From a virus (lineage: Duplodnaviria > Caudoviricetes), in the IMG/VR virus record IMGVR_UViG_3300043579_000029, positions 1 through 30,374 of that record: a DNA stretch of 30,374 nucleotides. One strand, given 5' to 3'. Shown here piece after piece: positions 15,121-21,630 of this stretch. The notes under the pieces were generated by a model, which had not been told where the DNA came from, made no database searches, and saw nothing but the letters and a program-made list of their open reading frames with translations. A program made the position numbers and the translations under genes. Each line of letters begins with the position of its first letter. The stretch's first letter is position 1.

Positions 15121-15984
15121 GTGATAATACACGATTTAGTTAATGACATATATAAGACAATCCTGAGAAAGGATGGTTGGTTCACAGATGAGCTCGCCAG
15201 ATCATACAGTGATAATCTTGGGGGACGCCTTAAGGAGCAACTTGGAGAAAGACAAGGAGCGCCTACGCTCCGTCTCTCACAGATGGGACCTCGTTGTCCA
15301 AAAGCACTTTGGCACAGCATTAGAACTCCTGAACTTGCTGAGCCGTTACCAGCATGGGCAGAGATTAAGTATTCGTTTGGGCACATGGTCGAAGCACAAG
15401 CGATAATGTTAGCTAAGGCAGCAGGCCACTCGGTCACAGGAGAGCAAGATGCTGTCTACGTCGATGGGATCACCGGTCATCGTGACTGTGTTATTGATGG
15501 TTGCATTGTTGATGTTAAATCTTCCAGTAGCCGTGGTTTTATCAAGTACAAGGATAAGACTTTGGCACAAGACGATAGTTTCGGCTATCTGGATCAACTT
15601 GACGGCTATGTGGTGGGTAGCCTTGAAGACCCTTTGGTCACAGTGAAGGATAAAGGTTACATACTAGCCGTAGATAAAACCCTAGGTCACATGGTGCTAT
15701 ATGAACACATCATTAGAGAAAGCCAGCTACGAAGTCGCATTAAATCTTATAAGGACATTATCTCACGAGAGGTTCCTCCTGCTTGTGAATGCGGAACTAG
15801 ACCACAGGGTGGATCGGGGAACGTACAGCTCGACACAAAGGCAAGCTATAGTGCGTATAAGTACTGCTGTTTTCCAAGCCTTAGGACTTTTCTCTACGCC
15901 ACAGGACCCGTCTACCTCACCAAAGTAGTCCGTCTTCCTGAAGTACCGGAGATTGATAAACATGGAAAACTCGTATATAACTGA
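15121..15984 (+). CDS. PD-(D/E)XK (Cas4/RecB-like) phage exonuclease
   Basis: LRLSQMG..CPKALW, FGHMVE, GHRDCVIDG..VDVKS, YLDQLDGY. Confidence 0.9.
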   Translation: MIIHDLVNDIYKTILRKDGWFTDELARSYSDNLGGRLKEQLGERQGAPTLRLSQMGPRCPKALWHSIRTPELAEPLPAWAEIKYSFGHMVEAQAIMLAKAAGHSVTGEQDAVYVDGITGHRDCVIDGCIVDVKSSSSRGFIKYKDKTLAQDDSFGYLDQLDGYVVGSLEDPLVTVKDKGYILAVDKTLGHMVLYEHIIRESQLRSRIKSYKDIISREVPPACECGTRPQGGSGNVQLDTKASYSAYKYCCFPSLRTFLYATGPVYLTKVVRLPEVPEIDKHGKLVYN

Positions 15985-16159
15985 TCCTGTTCACGGAGGT
16001 AAAGTAACTTGCCATGAATGCAATGGCTTCATCCTAAAGGAGGATGACATAGGTTACTGGGACCATCAGTACATAAGGGAGTTCCCACGATACCACTTTC
16101 ATAAGGCCTGCTATCAGGCTTGGAAACACTACTATGGGATTGACAAACCCATAGATTAA
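15962..16159 (+). CDS. Small zinc-finger protein (65 aa, CxxC...HxxC)
   Basis: CHEC...I...D......FHKAC resembles PARP-type/treble-clef fingers. Confidence 0.65.
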   Translation: MENSYITDPVHGGKVTCHECNGFILKEDDIGYWDHQYIREFPRYHFHKACYQAWKHYYGIDKPID

Positions 16160-16168
16160 AGTTATAAT
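16140..16168 (+). promoter_or_regulatory. Consensus sigma70 promoter
   Basis: TTGACA-17-TATAAT. Confidence 0.85.
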
Positions 16169-16191
16169 TATATAAATTAGAAAGGATTAAT

Positions 16192-16305
16192 ATGAACTCT
16201 TTAATATGGACGGCAATTGTAATACTAGCACTATCAATGTTGTATATTGCATATAACTCTAATTTGTTTTGTTTCTTAGGTAAGTGCGTACTAGTAGTTC
16301 ATTAG
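16192..16305 (+). CDS. Small membrane protein (37 aa, MNSLIWTAIVILALSMLYIAY...)
   Basis: AAGGA SD; first ORF after the consensus promoter; manual translation. Confidence 0.6.
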   Translation: MNSLIWTAIVILALSMLYIAYNSNLFCFLGKCVLVVH

Positions 16306-16311
16306 TAAATT

Positions 16312-16656
16312 GTGACTAAAACACGTAATAAATTCGAGACAAGAATATTCAAAGAATTGAGTCTGGCTGAGGTAGTCTTTACATATGAGACTGAACGTAT
16401 CCCTTACATCTTGGCCAGACACTATATCCCTGATTTCATAATTCAAACTCCTCTTGGTAAGATTTATGTAGAATGCAAAGGCTACCTCCGACAAGAAGAT
16501 AAGTCGAAGATGGTAGCCGTTAAGAAATTAAACCCTAAGTTGGACATACGGATATTGTTTTATGCCTATAATAAGAAATATAAGAAATGGGCAGAGAAGG
16601 TAGGTATACGATGGGCTGTAGGAACTATCCCGAAAGAATGGCTTAATGGTTTCTAA
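16312..16656 (+). CDS. T7 endonuclease I-like Holliday junction resolvase
   Basis: RNKFE, YE, YIPDF, VECKG motifs. Confidence 0.93.
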   Translation: MTKTRNKFETRIFKELSLAEVVFTYETERIPYILARHYIPDFIIQTPLGKIYVECKGYLRQEDKSKMVAVKKLNPKLDIRILFYAYNKKYKKWAEKVGIRWAVGTIPKEWLNGF

Positions 16657-17050
16657 AAGATGTAAGTTCTGTAAAGAAGAGAAGCCTGTTGAAGAATTTT
16701 GTAAGGATCGTTCCCGCCCTAGAGGATACAGTACTGAATGTAGGAAATGTGCTAATGCCAGAGGACGGAAATATTACCGGCGAAGAAAACCATATTGGAG
16801 AGAAAAACATCTTATGAAAACTTATGGATTAAATTATTCTTCTTACGAAGATATGCTATCTAGACAAGAAGGTATGTGCGCCATATGTACAAGTCTTGAA
16901 GGACCTAAATTAACAGTAGACCATAATCATAAAACTGGTAAGATAAGAGGATTGCTTTGCGACAACTGTAATAAAGGTTTAGGAATGTTTAGAGATAATC
17001 CTAGTGCCTTGGCTTCTGCAATCACTTATCTTTTAAGGAGATCTACATGA
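16646..17050 (+). CDS. Endonuclease VII-family HNH endonuclease with N-terminal Zn finger (probable homing endonuclease)
   Basis: KRCKFC...CRKC; CAIC...VDHNHKTGKIRGLLCDNCNKGLG. Confidence 0.92.
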   Translation: MVSKRCKFCKEEKPVEEFCKDRSRPRGYSTECRKCANARGRKYYRRRKPYWREKHLMKTYGLNYSSYEDMLSRQEGMCAICTSLEGPKLTVDHNHKTGKIRGLLCDNCNKGLGMFRDNPSALASAITYLLRRST

Positions 17051-17181
17051 ACATTGAACCTAAATTCTGGGATACTTATGAGAAGCTTGCCTTCTGGAAA
17101 GGCTTCTCCCTAGGAGTATTCCTAGGTTTTGCTACTACTCTTGTAGCTATAATGCTGTTAGGCGCATATCTAGGAGTCTAA
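17047..17181 (+). CDS. Small membrane protein (44 aa)
   Basis: AAGGAG SD, ATGA overlap; MNIEPKFWDTYEKLAFWKGFSLGVFLGFATTLVAIMLLGAYLGV. Confidence 0.7.
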   Translation: MNIEPKFWDTYEKLAFWKGFSLGVFLGFATTLVAIMLLGAYLGV

Positions 17182-17185
17182 CTTA

Positions 17186-17344
17186 TTGCTTGAATTCAGT
17201 GAAGTAGAGAAGCTTCTGCAGACCTACACTTTAGAAGAGATACTTGAGATTAACGAGATTACTGAAGAAGAGGTTCTTTACTTCCTCCTCCAACATAAGT
17301 TCCTCAAAGTACCTAACCCAGAACCTATAGATTTGTTGATATGA
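17186..17344 (+). CDS. Small acidic hypothetical protein (52 aa)
   Basis: AGGAG SD, TTG start, ATGA overlap with next gene; MLEFSEVEKLLQTYTLEEILEINEITEEEVL... Confidence 0.7.
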   Translation: MLEFSEVEKLLQTYTLEEILEINEITEEEVLYFLLQHKFLKVPNPEPIDLLI

Positions 17345-17592
17345 CACGCACAAAGCATCCTTTAGATAAGAGAGAAAGATTTCTCATTGAACAGAAGAAA
17401 AAGAAACAACGGGAAGAAGAAAGATCAAGTCGTATTCGGCGAAAGCTCGCAAGAGAAGAAGCCAAATCGAAGGAGACCCAAGATGAACTCGAGCGGATCA
17501 AAAACGATCGAGATGTCAATCTCGTCCAGCAACGCAGTCTCCGAATATCAGATCGAACAGTTCCTCAGGGCATTGAAGATCGTCAACGGTAA
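17341..17592 (+). CDS. Charged helical hypothetical protein (83 aa)
   Basis: ATGA-coupled ORF. Confidence 0.65.
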   Translation: MTRTKHPLDKRERFLIEQKKKKQREEERSSRIRRKLAREEAKSKETQDELERIKNDRDVNLVQQRSLRISDRTVPQGIEDRQR

Positions 17593-17686
17593 GGAAGAGG
17601 TTAAACTGGAGCTTGATCTGCCGAAGGTCATCCCATTAAAAGTAACAATCAAACGAGAGGTGGAACACATTAAACAAAATGGCTAG
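17513..17686 (+). CDS. Hypothetical protein (57 aa)
   Basis: In-frame ATG (MSISSSNAVSEYQIEQFLRAL); overlaps next start. Confidence 0.55.
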   Translation: MSISSSNAVSEYQIEQFLRALKIVNGKEEVKLELDLPKVIPLKVTIKREVEHIKQNG

Positions 17687-17921
17687 ACGGGACAGAAATT
17701 ACGCGAAGGAGACGCGTTATGAAAATACTCCTGAACAAGTACGACGCAGAGTGGCGCGTAACCGGGCAAGACGTAAAGCTATACGCGAGGGGCGTGTACG
17801 TAAAGGTGACGGAAAAGAGCTTGACCATGTCGGATCACACCGCAAGGGCAGTTTGGATCGGGTACCAACTCGTGTCGTGTCTCGTCATGAGAATAGGATA
17901 AGGCAGCCAAAAAGAAAATGA
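17679..17921 (+). CDS. Small HNH-like protein of podoviruses
   Basis: RNYAKE...RVARNRARR...GRVRKGDGKELDH...SRHENR pattern; GAGG SD. Confidence 0.8.
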   Translation: MARRDRNYAKETRYENTPEQVRRRVARNRARRKAIREGRVRKGDGKELDHVGSHRKGSLDRVPTRVVSRHENRIRQPKRK

Positions 17922-18190
17922 TGTTAAGTGACGCTATTAAAGAACATCCTGAACAATTTCTCACTATAGAAGAATACAATAAAATATTTAACCCGAAAGG
18001 ATTAGAAATGAATGTCCAGAATGACCAAATGGTTGAAGCGAATGCTATCCCCCTCACACCCGCCCAAGAACTCCTTAAAGGGCTCGTTAAAGACGGCGGA
18101 GAAAAACAGTTCATCCAAACCGAGGAAGACCTCGGAAGCGAAGATGAGCAAGAGCTCGTCAACAGCGAGCGAGAGCTCGCATGCGCCTAG
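17918..18190 (+). CDS. Acidic hypothetical protein (up to 90 aa)
   Basis: ATGA-coupled ORF. Confidence 0.6.
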   Translation: MMLSDAIKEHPEQFLTIEEYNKIFNPKGLEMNVQNDQMVEANAIPLTPAQELLKGLVKDGGEKQFIQTEEDLGSEDEQELVNSERELACA

Positions 18191-18252
18191 AGTTGTAATG
18201 TAGGCGGTAAACCGCGCCCATCCTGGGCAGTGGCCTGGAACATTACATAAAG

Positions 18253-18287
18253 AAAGGGACTGGCTTGCGGGCCGGTCCCTTTTCTAT
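18253..18287 (+). terminator. Rho-independent terminator
   Basis: AAAGGGACTGGC/GCCGGTCCCTTT stem, loop TTGCGG, T-tract. Confidence 0.85.
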
Positions 18288-18293
18288 TAGGAG

Positions 18294-18905
18294 ATGTACA
18301 TGAATTACCCACAAACAGTTTCATTAGCAGATTTACCTATTTATCTGCAACACAATAAGACATATTCACCAAAGACACCTCCCCCTTCAACAAAATGCCC
18401 TGAGAATGCTCCAGGGTGCACGGGGGAGTGTGTTTCTTATTATGACGATACCTATTATGACGAGTTGAAAAAATTCTTATACCCTAAAGAAAGGGAACAA
18501 CCGATGAACACGAATATTTACGCAACCTTGGAGGCTCCGCAGACGCGTGACCATACCAAGGAGTATTTGAAAGATCGTCTTTCCAGTGCCCGCAGTAGTC
18601 GGGAAAGAAAGGCGATGATCAAGTTTGGCCTGGAGGATGATTTCTTTCCGAGGCTTGCTGAAGATGTTGTGAACCGGATCAAGAGTGGTCTGTATGTCAT
18701 CAACGAAGAGCGGGACGGAGATTGTTTCAATCCTTGGGATGCCATCGAGTGGCGTGACCCGGCAATCAAGAAGGATTTCCCGGGCTTCAAGAAGTGGCAA
18801 GAGCTGGAGAAGCAGACCTTCCTGGCTGCCAAGGATACCGTTGTAGTCAAGTCTTATGACGAGGGCCTGAAGGCTCTTCAAGACTATGAGGCTTTGGCTA
18901 TCTAG
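18294..18905 (+). CDS. Hypothetical protein (203 aa; possible internal start at 18504)
   Basis: AGGAG SD; last gene of the + arm. Confidence 0.75.
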   Translation: MYMNYPQTVSLADLPIYLQHNKTYSPKTPPPSTKCPENAPGCTGECVSYYDDTYYDELKKFLYPKEREQPMNTNIYATLEAPQTRDHTKEYLKDRLSSARSSRERKAMIKFGLEDDFFPRLAEDVVNRIKSGLYVINEERDGDCFNPWDAIEWRDPAIKKDFPGFKKWQELEKQTFLAAKDTVVVKSYDEGLKALQDYEALAI

Positions 18906-18955
18906 TTCGAATACCAACCAAGGCTCCTCCCCTTAGGTTGGACTGACCAAACTTA

Positions 18956-18994
18956 AACCCCCCGGAGCTTGCGGGCTCACGGGGGGTTATTTTT
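18956..18994. terminator. Terminator between the convergent genome arms (probably bidirectional)
   Basis: AACCCCCCG-GAGC/GCTC-A-CGGGGGGTT, flanked by an A-rich stretch and TATTTTT. Confidence 0.85.
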
Positions 18995-19017
18995 GTGTCT
19001 ATTTGAAATTTAATTCG

Positions 19018-19116
19018 TTATCCTGGCTTCTTATAATCACATACAGCACAGAATTTAGCATCTTCTCTATTGTTGAATCTACAAACTGGACATCTCCATC
19101 TCTTCAGTAAAGTCAT
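19018..19116 (-). CDS. Second RanBP2-type zinc-finger microprotein (32 aa)
   Basis: MTLLKRWRCPVCRFNNREDAKFCAVCDYKKPG matches W-x-C-x2-C-x3-N-x6-C-x2-C exactly; ATGA overlap with endolysin stop. Confidence 0.8.
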   Translation of the reverse strand: MTLLKRWRCPVCRFNNREDAKFCAVCDYKKPG

Positions 19117-19514
19117 ATAATCACCCAAGGTCTCGCGTCATCATAGAGCGCAGGATCAGACCTAGCAGAAATATGTACGTGTTGAGTATGTGGGTTTGAT
19201 CCAGAATAAGGTCTCCACTGCCAAGGTCTAACTAAGCTACTAGCTATCCTACGATTAGATATAATATACTTAATCCTTACATCCTTAGACTTACGTAATC
19301 TCTCTGCTAGTACACTTGCACTAGGACCGCTCTTAGGAGCATGAGTAATATCCATAGCAGTTACTACACCACGGCTATTAGGATTATGGTCAGAAACAGA
19401 TGCTTGGTGTCTAGTGTCCCCTATAGTCCCATCATCCTTCTTACTTCTATTAGGCCATTGAGCATTAATCTGGTCTCTTAGTTGTACTAAACTCTTAGCT
19501 AATCTCCAACTCAT
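19113..19514 (-). CDS. Putative endolysin, M15-like zinc peptidase
   Basis: DGTIGD.RH....SDHNP......AMD and HTQHVHIS Zn-ligand motifs; ATGA-coupled start at 19514. Confidence 0.75.
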   Translation of the reverse strand: MSWRLAKSLVQLRDQINAQWPNRSKKDDGTIGDTRHQASVSDHNPNSRGVVTAMDITHAPKSGPSASVLAERLRKSKDVRIKYIISNRRIASSLVRPWQWRPYSGSNPHTQHVHISARSDPALYDDARPWVII

Positions 19515-20113
19515 GTAGCTTTCCAATCTAATATTGTCATTGTTGCTGTCCCTTCATGTACAAATACACCATGTCCTGCGAAGTACCCTCCCCCGAATAC
19601 CATGCCTACTGCACCTACATCATTTATGGCTGCCTGCCAATCAGCCAAGACAGTATTTCCTCTCTTGCCATATACAGACACCCAGCGACTAGGATCGAGA
19701 GGAACAGTAATTGTATGAGTCCCTTCAGCCAGTTCTTTAGCATCTGTAGTAGCAAACCACCTGTAATGTTCATACTCTAGGTTATCTCCTCTACGTTGGA
19801 AGTATAGAGTTACCGTCCCCGTCCCAGGTACATCATTGTTAGGATTAGTATGAAAATCAAACACAGGAGTACCGGTGATATCAATTTTATAAGTAACTTC
19901 GAGTCCGTTAGTAAGGCTTCCACTATAACTCCTGACTAAGTAATGTGCTCCATCTACAGAAGGAAATGTAAAGGTATTCCCTGATATTGTAGTATTAGGA
20001 GAATACTGGAAAACCCAGCTTGCTGGAACCCCCGCTACTATAGGCGGTACAACATCATCTTTGAAGCCAAACAGTCTCTTAAACCAATTTATAATAGCCT
20101 GAAATATATTCAT
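19511..20113 (-). CDS. Hypothetical beta-rich protein (200 aa), possibly carbohydrate-binding fold
   Basis: Alternating beta-strand pattern with many aromatics; amphipathic N-terminus. Confidence 0.7.
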   Translation of the reverse strand: MNIFQAIINWFKRLFGFKDDVVPPIVAGVPASWVFQYSPNTTISGNTFTFPSVDGAHYLVRSYSGSLTNGLEVTYKIDITGTPVFDFHTNPNNDVPGTGTVTLYFQRRGDNLEYEHYRWFATTDAKELAEGTHTITVPLDPSRWVSVYGKRGNTVLADWQAAINDVGAVGMVFGGGYFAGHGVFVHEGTATMTILDWKAT

Positions 20114-21630
20114 TATTTTATCTCTGGTGATAGGTTCTTTGGGTACCTGAACTCAGGTGGCCATATGCCTTCTCTGGCAGATCTGCGTGAAGTCTCCAGA
20201 GGAGTTTCCATCATAGTTTCTCCAGGACTCCACCTGTGTCTAGTCTCCACTGTATTAGCTTCCAATTCTCCAGGGTTTCTACGGTACATATATCTACCAA
20301 ACTTATCTTTGCCACTCTCTGTTATTTCTTTATGTAGTTTTATAAGATCTTCAATCTCCTGTGGGATAGGGTCTCCTTTCTTTAACTTACCTGCTGCGCC
20401 AAGAGATTCAACCTTTCTTACTATAGAATCCTGAGCCTTGAAAATACTATGCCTAGGACTACTGCCTAGATCAAACTTCTCTTTGAACTGTATTGCATGT
20501 TGAAGTTCATGGAGCACAATTTTTACTCTATCTTCTTTTGGGATTGAACCTAAATTTAATTCTATTGTTTTGGTAAGTTCAAAATAAGAACCTAGAACTG
20601 CAGGGTCATTTGTAAACTTTACCCTAACATCTTTGAACTCTGGGTAAGCTTTATAGAGCTCAGGGAAAGAGAATACTTCAGAAAGATTAGCTCCTTCTTT
20701 CATTTGCAGTGGGGATGGGTGGAAAAAGGCTGCATTATGATCTGGAATCTCATATTTCCATTGACCTTCTGCTCCTTTAAACCAGCCAGTATCTTTCCAG
20801 ATCTCATTTGCAGTATTCCCTCTCCTATCCATAATCTTGGCTGTATCTAGAGCTTTCTTGTCCATAGTCTTAGCTCCTACTCCAGCTATAGAACCTAGAG
20901 TACCATCTATAGCTTTACGAGCTATTGGAGCAGGACCTAGTACAATTGCACCTGCTAGTTCAGTAGCTCTAGCTATTCCTGCTTCTGATGCAGGGTCTAT
21001 CTTACCTTCATATACTTCTTTAGGAAAGGCAACCATCTTATAGATACCTTCTACTAATCCCTTGCTGGCAGTCTCTAACATCTTTTCAGGACCAGTCTTC
21101 TTAGAATACTTGTTTATTCTATCTTCTATTCCTCCAGTAAGCTTAAACTTATCTAAGAAAGGATATACTTCATCTTCGAAGTTACTTTCAGGCCTACTCC
21201 CCATCTCTTCGATTGCTTTCTCTTCTAACTTCAAAGTATCTTTAGAAACAGGAGGTCGATCAGATTCAAGATATACATCATAGAAAGGTTTCATAGAACC
21301 AGCAGCTGCATATTGCTGTCCTGATTGAATGGGGGCAGGAGTTTCATCTGTCTGAATATCTGATCTAGGAGCAATAGTTTTACCTATTGGGCGGCCTTTT
21401 TCTAGCTGATTATTATACCAATCTCCATATTCTTTTATAGCATTCTCATAATCTTGCTTCTCTTCAGGATTTTGACTTTCAGGAGTAGCTCTAAAATTCT
21501 CTTCATGAACCCAATTAGGTCCTGGCCCTCCCTCTCCTCGTCCTAATCCTGTAGTCCCCATAGTAGGCATGGCCATGCCTGCTTCATGCTTGAACTCATC
21601 CTCATAGTATTTGCCGCCAGATACAATCAT
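20113..21630 (-). CDS. Polyvalent protein with LPD23 and zincin metallopeptidase (MPTase) domains
   Basis: IWKDTGWFKGAEGQWKYEIPD, ELYKAYPE, HELQHAIQ, GELEA. Confidence 0.8.
   Translation of the reverse strand: MIVSGGKYYEDEFKHEAGMAMPTMGTTGLGRGEGGPGPNWVHEENFRATPESQNPEEKQDYENAIKEYGDWYNNQLEKGRPIGKTIAPRSDIQTDETPAPIQSGQQYAAAGSMKPFYDVYLESDRPPVSKDTLKLEEKAIEEMGSRPESNFEDEVYPFLDKFKLTGGIEDRINKYSKKTGPEKMLETASKGLVEGIYKMVAFPKEVYEGKIDPASEAGIARATELAGAIVLGPAPIARKAIDGTLGSIAGVGAKTMDKKALDTAKIMDRRGNTANEIWKDTGWFKGAEGQWKYEIPDHNAAFFHPSPLQMKEGANLSEVFSFPELYKAYPEFKDVRVKFTNDPAVLGSYFELTKTIELNLGSIPKEDRVKIVLHELQHAIQFKEKFDLGSSPRHSIFKAQDSIVRKVESLGAAGKLKKGDPIPQEIEDLIKLHKEITESGKDKFGRYMYRRNPGELEANTVETRHRWSPGETMMETPLETSRRSAREGIWPPEFRYPKNLSPEIK

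Noticed and set aside
15121-15984. Cas4-like gene as part of a CRISPR system
   Set aside because: No repeat-spacer array or other cas genes; stand-alone exonucleases of this type are routine in phage replication modules
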